63,271 nucleotides of DNA, filler included, from Octopus bimaculoides (GCF_001194135.2; 5 parts of 5 records of this genome joined end to end with filler, not necessarily neighbours in it); one strand, 5' to 3'; counted from the first letter of the whole stretch, positions 13,595 to 26,365 are shown. Notes: generated by a model not told the origin, from the letters alone. A program made the numbers and translations.

Positions 13595-14043
13595 GTGCAA
13601 CCAAGTGAATACCCTCCATCAGGCATTTACCATACTCTGAACACTTTGCTTCCCTGGGCATAAATACGTTGAAGCTCTGACGTCTGGCAACTGACCTAGT
13701 AAATACCCACAAAATTATCAACCATCGCACCAACCACCACCTTGAGCTCCATGTGTCCAACACACATGGGCATGCCTACAAAGTCAAAAAACAGCACAGC
13801 TTCCATGACTTTCAGAAACATTTTTCACACTAGAGTTGCTGAAGTATAGAACAAACTGCCTGCATCAGTTGTTAGTTGCCGAGACATTGCATCCTTTAAA
13901 ACCTCCATGCTTCCTGAAATTCGCCAACACTACACCTGATTTTCCCATTTCCATATGCAATATCATTGACTCATACACTGTTCACTTTCCTGACTTTTGT
14001 ATATACTACTATGTACTGTACATGCACCTTTGATGAGTTGTAG
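13595..14043 (+). mobile_element. 3' end of a CR1/L2-like LINE (RT C-terminus plus 3' UTR)
   Basis: ATK*IPSIRHLPYSEHFASLGINTLKL*RLATDL...RVAEV*NKLPASVVS...SFK is a typical CR1 tail (LPYxERL..L..RR...WNxLP). Confidence 0.8.
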
Positions 14044-14189
14044 CAACAGTTCCCTTAGATGGCTGGTGGCTCTCTAGTCTGAAGTTGAAGAGATGAGAGA
14101 GAACCGAGAGACTTATCATATAAGGGAAAAGCAATATACGATCCATATAAACCAGGAATAGCTCAGCCTAAAGTTGAATTCGTCATATT

Positions 14190-14680
14190 ACTGTTGGCCC
14201 AAATGTTGTAGAATATTCTACCAGACTATTTGGTGGGAAACACTTGCACCCATCATTTGAAGAGTGCTTCCTCAGCCACAAGTATGTCAGCTAATGCTGC
14301 TTAGTCAAACTTTATTCATGGTGTCCATACCTTTTATGGTAACACTTTTTCTTTCATGGAGATATGTTAGTTCTAGACTTGACAGATCTCAGTCGGAGGT
14401 TGTCATTACAACTGCAACAACTTTATTTGTATCTTTTAAAAAGTTATATAGCCTCTCTTAGTTTCCTCCTATCACACTAAAATCAAGTAACCTATGCCCT
14501 ACTACCAATATGATCAACTTCATGAAAAGCTTTTGAAAGGATGAGGTTTACCATATCTTTTATTTGACTCTTTGAATAGTGACTTTGTTAGTGATTATAC
14601 TGTTACTGCATAAGGCAGCCACTTTCTTTGGAATTTGAGTATCATTTAGTAAATAACGCTCTTTAACAAATGTTCCTGAT
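14190..14680 (-). mobile_element. Heavily decayed Penelope-like RT fragment (13230-13540 may belong to the same element)
   Basis: Frameshifted remnants resembling DVxSLYTNI and GTAMG motifs; many stops. Confidence 0.35.
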
Positions 14681-17246
14681 AGTTTCCTGATTGCTCATTC
14701 TCTTTCAGGGGTAGATAATATAAGTACCAGTAATATGTTTAGGCTTGATTCAATTCATTATTGTCTCTTCCTTATGCCTTTACACTTGACAAGGCATGAT
14801 CATTGTGAATTTCAGTTGGGATGGGGAGAAGGTCAGGATGTAGGTGAAACATGGCTGTACGTATAGGGGTGTGTGGTGATGAGCAACAGTATAATAAAAC
14901 TAGACAGAAGAGAAATAAGGAGATGGTGTGAAATATGTTTAGTGGTGGTGGGGTGCAGTGATACATGGATATCAGAGGTATGTAGGGTTAGATATATTGG
15001 ATGACAAAGATGGGGTGGAGTGTTAATTGCAGATATGAGAGAGGGGTAAGGGGTGCTCAGTGAAAAGTAAAGTGGTAAAGGATGAAGTTGAGAATGCAGG
15101 ATGAGTGACAAGGGAAGTAGTTCCAAGGAGTGGGTTAACTGGGTGCATAAAAGAATTGGGTGAGGTGAAATTTGTGCAGTTTTGCTCTCATGTAATTACA
15201 GCAGCTGAGGAAGTAGTATTGTAGTTGAGTGCAAGCAGATATTGTTCTGCTTTTATGATACTATTTCATAAGCTTTTTTGAGCTGAACATATAGAATGTG
15301 GAATTCATTTATCTTTGTGCATGTGTGTGTGTGTGTCATAATTGAAAAGCAGTGAGAATTATGTTTCAAATCTAAATAACAGCGATATAATGAATTCTTT
15401 AGTAATACTCTTGTGTTTTTCTTCGTCGCAACATATGAATGAGAAAGGAAGGGGTGATGGATGAATAAAAGAAGGAAGGGTGATGGCAGACTTGATAGTG
15501 GGATGATGGAAATTGTACAGTGAAAATAAAAAAAAAAAAACAGTGTTTTAACTCTGTGTGAGTACATGTGTGTGTATGTAAAAGGGAGGTATGTGAATGT
15601 TTGTGTGTGTATATACAATGGAAGTGGGATGGTGAACATTCAATGCTGAAAAGAAAAATCAAACAACGTTTCAACTCTGTGTATTTAGTATTTACTTGCC
15701 AGCTCCCGTATTCAGTCACAGCCAGCTTTATGTAGCCTTAAGTTGTACAAGAAGGAAGGAAAACTTTAAAATTCTTTTGAAGGAAACACACAGTCAAGGA
15801 ATGTTAGTTTCAGAGAGATTTTTCATAAAAAATTTGGTTATAAAAGAATTATTAAACTAAAAACTTGGTTTTGTACCTTATTTATATATAAAGTACTACA
15901 ATTAGCTGTCATTTTTGACGGCACAAGGCCAGCTAGTATTTATAATAAACTGAAAATCATTTATCTTATTAATTTTTGTAAGTGTAAAGTGAGTAACCCA
16001 TGCCTACTCTGCTTACACACGTGGCATAATTATCATATAATACACACCCACACAAAAAAAAAATATATCATTGTAAATTTTCCTCTATATGCTTGCTTTT
16101 GAAAGCCAGTATGCAGGTGAACTAAATTTACAACAAAGAGTTAATATATCATAATCAATACTTGTCATAGCTAGTTGGATGCTTTTGTTCAGGCTTGTCA
16201 ATGTCTTACAGTAAATACAAAAATAGTCTCAAGGCATTGGTATCACGAGCATTGATGAAATGATTTCTCAGTTGATACAATATCATCATTTGATATCCAC
16301 ATTCCTTGCTGCCATGGGTTGGACAGTTTGACAAGGATTCAATGAGTCAAAGGACTGCATTATGCTCCAGTGTCTGCTTTGGCATTGTTCTTATAGCTGG
16401 ATGCTCTTCCTAACACCAACCACTTTACAGTGTATACTGGGTACATTTTTTCATACTACTGGCACTATTGAGATCACCATGAAGCTCACAAGTTAACAAA
16501 CCCAGGGAGGGAAGATGTTATGCCCATATTGGGATGGTGAGGGTGAGGGCACCACAAAGGAGACTGATTGATTGGGGGTGCTCATATAGATTTAATATAA
16601 GTAGAATCAACAAAAAATGTAGTCTATGAAATTTTTACCAGGTGTAAACACATGGATAGGTTTCTTTTGTCAAGTTGGAGTACACCACCTGCTTCAAACT
16701 GACGTGCTGTCTCACAGGCTTAGCCTTTTTTGGTTATTTTGTTCTGTACCAGCTGTATTAATTGTGGTTTTTGCTATCAGGGAGGATGGAGATCTTAGTT
16801 TTCTTGCTTTCATTTTTTTTGCATAAACCTTCTTCGTGTTTTTTTTTCATGTTTTTTTTCTTATTTTATCACTGTCCAGTGTCCTTGTTTTTAAAATGTA
16901 CATAATGCATACACTGAAAGATTGTTTGGAGATACATGGCATATTTTATAAATATTCTTGAAGCATCACCAAAGCATGGAACTGTTAGTAGCTCTTTTGG
17001 TTTTGTATTAAATCAATATGCATATAAACTCACACAATCATGATTATTATCATCATTTAATGTCTATTCTCCATGGTGGCAAGGGTTGGATGGCTTGACA
17101 GGAGCTGGCAACCCAGAGTGCTGCACTAGGTACTAGTCATTTGTTTTGGCATGACTTCTATATCTAGATGCCCTTAATGCCAACCACTTTACAGTGTACT
17201 GGGTGCTTTCATGTGATGCCAGTATGGGTGCTCTTTATGTGACATT

Positions 17247-17657
17247 GGCATGGGTGCCATTTACATGATGCTGGCACAGGTGCCATTTACGTGACGCCGG
17301 CACAGGTGCCATTTACGTGACGCCGGCACAGGTGCCATTTACGTGACGCGGGCACAGGTGCCATTTACGTGACGCGGGCACAGGTGCCATTTATGTGACG
17401 CGGGCACAGGTGCNNNNNNNNNNCATTTACGTGACGCGGGCACAGGTGCCATTTATGTGACGCGGGCACAGGTGCCATTTACGTGACGCCGGCACAGGTG
17501 CCATTTACGTGAGGCCGGCACAGGTGCCATTTACGTGAGGCCGGCACAGGTGCCATTTACGTGACGCCGGCACAGGTGACATTTACGTGACGCCGGCACA
17601 GGTGCCTATTACGTGACGCCGGCACAGGTGCCTATTACGTGGAGCCTGCATGGGTGC
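17247..17657 (+). repeat. 26-bp minisatellite GGCACAGGTGCCATTTACGTGACGCC, at least 14 clean copies plus degenerate flanking units; 10-N gap inside
   Basis: Unit starts at 17273, 17299, 17325 and so on, at 26-nt spacing. Confidence 0.95.
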
Positions 17658-17661
17658 CAAT

Positions 17662-17993
17662 GGAGGTGTAATGGCCCAGTGGTTAGGGCAGCGGACTCGT
17701 GGTCATAGGATCGTGGTTTTGAGCAAAAACACCTAATGCTCCACGAAGCTCTGGCAGGGGATGGTTGCGAACCCTGCTGTACTCTTTCACCACAACTTTC
17801 TCTCACTCTTTCTTCCTGTTTCTGTTGTACCTGTTATTCAAAGGGCCAGCCTTGTCACACTGTGTCACGCTGAATATCCCCGAGAACTGCGTTAAGGGTA
17901 CACGTGTTCTGTGGAGTGCTCAGCCATTTGCACATTAATTTCATGAGTAGGCTGTTCTGTTGATCGGATCAACTGGAACCCTCGACGGAGTGC
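17662..17993 (+). mobile_element. SINE family A, internally deleted copy inserted at the end of a minisatellite
   Basis: A-box TGGCCCAGTGG present; about 32 nt including most of the B-box deleted relative to the 30976 copy. Confidence 0.9.
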
Positions 17994-20639
17994 ATAGGTG
18001 CCTATTATGTGGCACCAGTACCCACAGGGTTGCCAAGTAGTTTGAAAGACAAGAAAGTCTCAGCTTAAAGTGAGAGAGGACCTGAGAGAAGTGGCTGTGT
18101 GCCAAGAGAGAGTATGATAGGTCAGAGATAGCTGTCTTACTACAGAAGAGATACTTGGCAAGAAATTGGGTTCAAGTATAATTAACTTTTTTAGGACAAG
18201 GATGCAGAGGGAGGTGGTGGAGAGGCAAAAGATACAGTCAGAGAGAGAGAGGCGGGGTATACCCTCAGGCAACACTGGTGAGGGGAGTATAAATAGCACA
18301 GAGGGGATAGAGGAGATGTACTATAAAAGTGTGAAGGGTGATATTTAGATAGAAAGTGATGTTGAGAGGAAAAATCACATGTATATACACATGTATGCAT
18401 ATATGTACAATACATAACTATGCAGTGCTTCCATCAGAATTATATATCTTTTTATCAAATGTTTTTAATAACAATATTAATGTTATAATAGTAATATCCT
18501 ATCAAATCAGAAAAGTTTTCTACAGTGATTAAAGAAAAGAAATTACAATTTTGTTTTGTTCAGAAGCTAGCAAGAATTATTCTCCAAATTCTGTTATGTG
18601 TATTCGATGGTGTTTTAGACAACCGTGTGTTGACATGTTATTTATGACATTATAGATATAAAGTATACTGAGATTAATAAAGTAAATGTTACTGATATGC
18701 TATACTTCGGCCAGCAGCATTGCTGATAAATGTTAGAGATATGTTTCATTCTAAAAGAACACACATACATATTCAGTCTTTTTTCCTCACTATCAACAAT
18801 TGAACACTTCTGACACTTGAGATTTTTGTATAGCTTTATGACATATATATATAAAAAAATCTGAAGTGTTTAACTACAAATTTCATAAAAATGGGAGTAG
18901 AATTTCATATGTGTCTTGGTTGCAAATGCTGTTTTAAATCATTACGCATTTATATTTTTAATGCTGTCTGTAGCTGCTTCACTTTAAGAAATGAATTAAA
19001 ATGTAAAAAACACTCAAACTAATTATATTTTTAAAACCATCATGAATTTGAAAGTATTGTAAAATTGTTATTAAGTGACTCAAATAAGTTGCCTATTCAG
19101 ATTTAGACAGTGGTAAACTGCCCATGAAACTTTGTCTAATGCCACGTCTGTCTAAAAAGAAATTGAGCTATTAAAATAGTCCGCGAGCCAGTCTGCTTGC
19201 AACTTGTATACAGCTGACCTTGACTTTTAGTCTGGCGATAGCCAGATCATGCCATGCAGTCATGCTGGAATGGACATATGTTTAGTGTACTAGGGGTTTT
19301 GTTGCAAGTTAAACACAGAAGAATTTAGAAGAGCCATGTGTTTGCATGGAATTCTGTTTCAAATTGGGAAAAAACTTTTAATGACCTTTCTAATGTATAC
19401 AGCTCAATTAATCCTATGATTGATCAAGTTGCATTCATTGCTACAATTAGTACCAGCATTTCTAATCAGAAAGAACATCCACCAAAAATTATCCCAATTC
19501 TATATGATCTGGCACAACAGTGGACAACAATCATGATGTGAAAGGGCATGCTGTGACCTGTGAAAAGTTTCTGGAAAAGTAGGTATCTGTAAAAATTCAT
19601 ACTGCACCTTAAAGAAGCAGTATCATGTTGCTACTATATTTGAGCTGAGAGCCAAGTTCCAATCAAATGCTGGTGTAAACTTTCTGAAAAGTATAACAGA
19701 TGATGAAATGTTTGGTGTATGGCTAACTCAGTGATTTTAAAAAAGCCTGTCAATCATTCAAAGGTGAATCATTCAACTATGGTAGTAGTTGAATAATATT
19801 TTTAAGGCTGCAATTTATTCACACACAGCACCTTCAGAGCTTTGTCACTAATTCAGTTCTTAATATATGTCACTGGCATCATTGAGGTGATTTTTAATAA
19901 GGTAAACTCTTAAATTATTAATTGACACATTATTAATTAGCGTAATAGCATAGCTTGGAAAAAACATGGATTATGTGGAAAAATGTGAGCAAGAGAAATA
20001 ATATTCTTAAGATTATAAACTTCGAAAAGTTCAGGACAAGTTATTACATCTGGTAAAGTACAGAACAAGAAAATTTTCACTTAAAATATTGCAGAAGAGG
20101 ATAAAATTTGAATATTAAAAATTATTTGATTTTAATTTACAGAGTAACATTATAATTAAAAAAAGGTACCATCATTTAAAAATATTGACACACTAGAATA
20201 TTTAAAAATTGAGAGCCAGAAGTACCAATATAGCTAAAGTTCAAATTCCACCGAGGTCGATATACACCTAATTTTTTGTATTATTCTGTTTATTGTACTA
20301 ATTATATATTACAATTATTTTTTATAACCTATTCTCAAATTTCTAATTCTTAATTCAATCACATATGGAGTTTATCAACAATTTTAAGTTAATCAGAAAG
20401 CCTTTATGCAATAGCTCAATCTGTTTGAAATAGCAACCAAATCTCCCTCAAATCATACTTTAGTATCCTTTAAAAGCATAGGACAGAACATTAAAGCTAA
20501 AAATTTTATTACTGGTTATTACTTCTATTTGTTATTACTTGTTACTTCTATTAAAAATGACTCAATATTTTTTGCACTTTAAAAAAAATTCATTTTTAAA
20601 ATTATTAATTAATAATTAGAAATTAGAAATACTATTCAG

Positions 20640-22260
20640 TTCTGTCTTCCAATTCTCGTGGAGGTCAACTTTACTTTTCGGCTTTCAGGAGTTAACAAAA
20701 AAAAAAAAAAATTGCGAGAACATTGTGTGGCGGGGGGAGGGGAGTCTTTCTAGAATGTTTTCTGTTAACTTAGAACAAACCATATTGTTTACGTTTCAAT
20801 TAGTTGGAATATTGTGGCGGTTTATACCTTTCACAAAAAGTATTAGCCTGACGACATGTCTTTGTCTCGAAAATAATGTGTTTATGTTCATCTGGCCGAG
20901 ATGTGTTGCTTTTATCTCTTTTGATTATGAAAGAAATAGAGAACTAAAACGAATTATCCGATCTCTGTTTTGTTAGAATTGGATATTTACGGTAAAATAT
21001 ATTTGTGTGCCGAGACCAGAAATAAGATTCTTGTTGTTTTGTACAGTTGAAAGACTGCAGTCGAAGTTCGGAAATGTATTCCGTTTGGAACAACGGAAAC
21101 TACCTCGCTTCGCAGCATATAAACATAATTTTAGAGATTTTGATGCTAAAATTAGTCAACTTCAGCAGTTACGTGTTCAGAGGACGGAATATCCGGTGGT
21201 TGTCTCCCTTGATGACTGCTAGCTATATTCCAGTCGCGACAGTTCCAGCTTGTCGCTTTCACTTGCGTTCTCGCCGTGTCTTCTGAGAAAGTAAATATCT
21301 CTATATAAACACGCACATACACACACGTATGCACGTACAACTCTTTTGTTGCTGTCAGACCCCAAGGTAAATATCGAACTAGTATCGTAGCTTTGATGTA
21401 TGCGTATACGTTGCTTGTTTATCCATCTTTGTATCCTATGATTACAATAATAGCAAGATGTATCTAACTTAAAGTATGTCTAGGCATACTTTACGTTGTT
21501 CTTTCTCCTCGGTTCCACGAAATCCTCTTCCATCTTCCCCAACGTTTATTATATTCGCATTTAAATTGTTGGTTGTCGCGTTGGCATATAAAACCTTCCA
21601 GCTGTTGCATCACACCTGTTTTCATTTACGCTCTGTCCTGCCTCCCCACTCCACCTCTCACTACTGTAAGTACAGGTGTTGATCGAAAACCTAAACACGC
21701 ACACTTTATTTTGTGTGGTAATTAGAATATAATGTATATATAGTAAGAGAGAACAGTGAAAGTGTGCTTAATCCCAAAGCAATATTAGTTATTGGACATA
21801 TTTTAATTATATCAACATATACACGAGACATATTTCTTGTAAGCTTTTTAATGCTCCTGGTATCAGATATGTTGGTTGTAACTTAACTGTTGTTTTTGTC
21901 ACGGATGGTACCTCTGAGTTATCTATTCAGTAACAATGTTGTTATCTGTGCTAACCAGGGTGCAATCTTGTATATGATTCTTCCATCATTCCTTTGGCAA
22001 GTCCGATCGATTCTATCTTTCCCTGGTGAGGTTCTAAGTTGAAAATATACTCGGCCTTAACCTTATTTTTTTGATACTTGTGTTTTTACTTTAAGTAGAT
22101 TTAAAGTAGTTATTCAATTCAACCCTTTAACGAAATCGATTGGACCCTGAAGACTGTACCAAATTGCTCTGGCATCATAATGTCCAATTTTGATGTAATT
22201 GTAACAAAAATGAAACCTTATTTCTCCAAAACCTGAAGGGAAAAGGTCTCTCGAAAAATC
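20640..22260. promoter_or_regulatory. CpG-retaining island within the GOLGA2 intron; putative promoter or nested transcription unit
   Basis: About 45 CpG in 20641-21720 vs about 5-6 per comparable 1.08 kb at 8001 and 14041 (hand counts); TATATAAA at 21302. Confidence 0.5.
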
Positions 22261-23335
22261 CTTTTGTTTCATAATTAGGATATTAATTTATATTATTGCA
22301 TTTGTTTTATACTTTTTATGTTTATAATTGTATTTTCTCGATAAATAGATACAGTAAACCTTTTGAATTCAAAGAATCTATAATGTTCTTCCTTTCAAAT
22401 CAGGGGTTAATGTCAGTGTAAATAAATATATCTTGGGGTAATTCATTAAAAGCGTTCCCCAACCCCTGATCTAACAAATTATGTCTGTCCTGCTGCTTTC
22501 GAGGCTCTGCAGATTTTTCATTATTTAGTGCTTCTACCTCTATGATGCAGCCCATCTTTTGCATGAACTGAAAGCAACAGTTCACTAAATCTCTTTCACC
22601 TCTTCCTTGAACTTCTTTGGCAATAGTTCACTAAGCCCCTTTCACTTTTCCTTTCTCTGGCTATGCTTTCACTATAGGAATAATAGAAAAGAAATATTGA
22701 TAGGTAGGTGAAGAAAGGAGTCCACTTATAGAGGTTTGTTATAATTTTTGGCACCAGCTGTTCACCATTTCTCATCTATAATCTTATGAATTTCAGCTAC
22801 ATTGTAAATCTGTTATACTGTGCTAGTATAATTTAATACTGTATGACAGAAAGCTACATACTCTTTTTAAAATTTATTTTCATTATAAAATGAGTTTTTT
22901 AATTATGAAATCTGTGAATTATATGAAATGTTTGGGTTTTAAAATTGAGATATATTGGTATTGAGTCAGTAATGAAACAGATTTAGCTTATTTTATATTT
23001 TATAGATTTGTCAAATTTACAAGTGGATAGAAAAATGAAGTAGAGGTCTGCAAAATGAAATGAAATCATCTTGAGTAGCTCTTGCCAACTGCATCGTGTT
23101 CAACGATTCTTGAGTTCTCTCCCTTGAACATTTTTCATCAATATTATAATTTAGCATTTAGCGGTCATTGACGTAAAATATCAAATGTCGGCTCTACTAG
23201 AACTTCCTGACCTGTTGACTTTAAACAACATAGATTATTACTCTACTTGTCTTCTAAATACCTATTTAACCCAATTACGTTTTGAATTGCTTTGCTTATA
23301 TTTTAAACTTTCAATTGTGTTGTTTCTTTATATAG

Positions 23336-23443
23336 TACCAAGAAGCATTCCAAACTGTTACTAATGAACGTAACCAACAATCAGAGCAATACCAGCATTA
23401 TATAGACCAATTACAACAACAGACTCAGTCATTAACTAACCAG
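23336..23443 (+). CDS. GOLGA2: GOLGA2 exon (YQEAFQTVTNERNQQSEQYQHYIDQLQQQTQSLTNQ), phase 0-0; last exon seen
   Basis: tatag/gtcagt sites; 108 nt; length and ER motif match the vertebrate segment VMESVRQLQMERDKYAENL...MSEQ. Confidence 0.88.
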
Positions 23444-23899
23444 GTCAGTTTATTTCACATTTCATATCCATCTAGTGTAACTTTTATAATATTTAATTTT
23501 TTTTCTTCTTTTTAATGTCTTCGTCAGAGGTGGAAGAGCAACACGTGATCTTTCACATGATTTCTGAAATTAGTGAGAGGAAAGGAGGCTGCTATATAAA
23601 AAGAATTAGTCCTGTTTTTTTGTTTTTTTTTGCAATGGAAGGCACTGGAAGGCCAAATTGGGTGGCGGTGGTGTTAAATCAAGTGATAGGCACAGGTGAG
23701 GCTGTGTGATGAGAACCTTGCTTCTCAACCACACAGTTCTGGATTCATTTCCATTGCATGGTACCTTGGGCAAGTGTCTTCTATAGCCTTGGGGTGACCA
23801 AAGCTTAGTGAGTGGATTTGGTTAGCAGAAACTGAAATACATATATATCAAGGGTAGGACAGAAAGAACAACAAACGGAAATCCAACAAAACACATACT

Positions 23900-24100
23900 C
23901 TTTTACTTGTTTCAGTCATTTGACTGTGGCCATGCTGGAGCACTGCCTTTAGTCGAGTAAATCGACCCCAGGACTTATTCTTTGGATGCCTAGTACTTAT
24001 TCCATCGGTCTCTTTTGCCGAACCGCTAAGTTACGGGGACGTAAACACACCACCATCGGTTGTCAAGCGATGCTGGGGGGACAAACACAGACACACATAC

Positions 24101-24145
<45 letters not shown>

Positions 24146-24304
24146 CGACAGGCTTCTTTCAGTTTCTGTCTACCAAATCCACTCACAAGGCTTTGGTCGG
24201 CCCGAGGCTATAGTAGAAGACACTTGCCCAAGGTACCACGCAGTTGGAATGAACCCGAAACCATGTGGTTAGTAAGCAAGCTACTTACCACACAGCCACT
24301 CCTG
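23900..24304 (-). mobile_element. SINE family B head plus associated 3' tail module (...CTGAAACAAGTAAAAGAG), separated by a (TA)n tract
   Basis: Tail-like module recurs near 34910-35130, 33590-33780, 53050-53160, 9960-10150 and 50100-50480. Confidence 0.75.
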
Positions 24305-24599
24305 GAAAAATAGATAACATAACAAATGGTAAACAGGACAAAAACAAGATACATGGCTCATTCGCAACCGATTTCCTCTTCAGTCAGTGTCTGGAAAATC
24401 CTTGCAGTTTTGCACTTTTTTATCACTAGGACTGCTTGAATCTGTCAAGTGCTAGAGACTTAATCAAAAAGCATTAAGCTTCTGGGAAAAGTAAACGAAT
24501 GTATTCAAGAACGAAAACAAAAACAAGAAAGCTAGAATTATACACATACAACAGACGAACACCTTTCGGCTATACATACATATATATATATAACACTCT

Positions 24600-24633
<34 letters not shown>

Positions 24634-24970
24634 TAGGGACAAAATTCAAAATTACAGGTAAAAACTCAATTAAAATCAATTTATAAAAAATCAAAATTAA
24701 ATTGAGCTTTATATATAAAATATATATAAAATATATAGTTTTAGGGAAAATAACCAAGTTTCAAGAACTCATCGATGAAAATCCACTATCACATATAGAA
24801 AAATTAACAATTAAAAGCACAATAAATGCGTATAATATAAAACAAAGTAAATATCATAAGGTAAAGATAATAAAATGACTACACGTGTTTAATAACTAAT
24901 TTTCAAATAGAAAGGAAATTTAAATCGATTAAAATCAATTGAAATTATCGAAAATAAATTCTATTCAAAA

Positions 24971-25070
24971 NNNNNNNNNNNNNNNNNNNNNNNNNNNNNN
25001 NNNNNNNNNNNNNNTTAATTAATTAANNNNNNNNNNNNNNNNNNNNNNNNNNNNNNNNNNNNNNNNNNNN
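24971..25070. other. Artificial join: 44N + TTAATTAATTAA (25015-25026) + 44N
   Basis: Identical 100-bp structure occurs four times; the 12-mer gives stops in all six frames. Confidence 0.95.
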
Positions 25071-25449
25071 CCACCACCACCACCACTGCCACCACCACCA
25101 CCACCACTGCCACCACCAAAAAATATTTCCACCACCGCTGCCATTTTTACCACCACTAGCACCATTATCACCACCACCACCACCACTACCACCTCCAATA
25201 ACAACAACAGTAATAACCAACCACCATCATCAGCAAATACAAAATATTGGCTGGAAGCTTTTAATTAGAACAGCTGACCAGCCTGCCAGTCAGGCAGGCA
25301 GCCACATGGGCCAAGAGTTGCTTTCTTCTTTATGTTTCAATATTTCTTTGAAATGAGCTGTCAATATCGTACTTTCCCGTTTTGAGGCTGGCTCCAATGT
25401 TTCTTTCTATTTTGTGTTAGTATTTGTGAATTATCTAATCGCATATATC

Positions 25450-25451
25450 AA

Positions 25452-25500
<49 letters not shown>

Positions 25501-25571
25501 GTCTCTCTATCTATCTATCTGTCTCTCTATCTATCTATCTGTTTCTCTATCTCTCTATCTATCTATCTGTT

Positions 25572-25630
<59 letters not shown>

Positions 25631-25860
25631 CTATCTGTATATCTGTTTATTTGTCTATTTATCTATGTATCTATCTATCTACCTACCTATCTATCTATCT
25701 ATCTTTCAGTCGATCCATCTATCTATCAATCAATCAATCTATCTATCTATCTATCTATCTATATGTATGTATATGTATGCATATTTATACAGACATGTGT
25801 ACTCGTGTGCATATATATATGTATGTATGTATGTGTATATATATATATATATATTATAGA
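25450..25860. repeat. (CTAT)n/(CT)n/(TA)n microsatellite; similar tracts at about 38640-38870, 43030-43390, 53200-53650, 55470-55990, 58890-59040
   Basis: Direct reading. Confidence 0.95.
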
Positions 25861-26365
25861 TGAGAGACAGATATTCTCCATATAGAATACACTCTGTAGT
25901 GCTTAAGAGATTTAAACTTGAGGAGATAGAGGAGTAAATATATGGATAAATAAGTTAGGTAAGTCGATATATAAAAAAAATATTAAATACATTTAATACA
26001 AAAATATACATATGTTTACATATCAGGAGTTCCAACTTGACAGAAAAGAAATGATATCAGGAATTAAAGGGATGGAATAAAAATTCTACAAGTCCACCAG
26101 CTGTTTCTGGGGGCAGGGTGGTCCAAGATAATGACTGCAAATTGATTTCATCATCAGATAATACCAGCCACCATCTTCAGGGAAGAATTTTACATTTGAG
26201 GTGTTGACAGAAAGGAGATTAAATATAGAATAATTCTAGATTTAATCTTCTTTCTGTCACCAATATATATATGTCAATATATATATATATATATATATAT
26301 ATATCGTCAGTAAATCATAAATTCAAAAAGGAAGTACACTCTGAATTATAGAGCAGTGGAGTATT

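Noticed and set aside
17247-17657. CRISPR-like array
   Set aside because: Contiguous 26-bp units with no unique spacers, no cas genes, eukaryotic context.
19200-19330. HDLAIARLKVK on the minus strand, like the end of a LINE endonuclease
   Set aside because: Too short and surrounded by stops; cannot be supported beyond a guess.
19830-19888. C/D box snoRNA-like motif on the minus strand (ACCT..ATGATGC..CTGA..CTGA-AGGT)
   Set aside because: Only 59 nt, imperfect C box, antisense to the host gene, and no rRNA or snRNA complement recognised.
22400-22585. 61-aa minus-strand ORF near the CpG island
   Set aside because: No homology recognised and no consistent splice partner.
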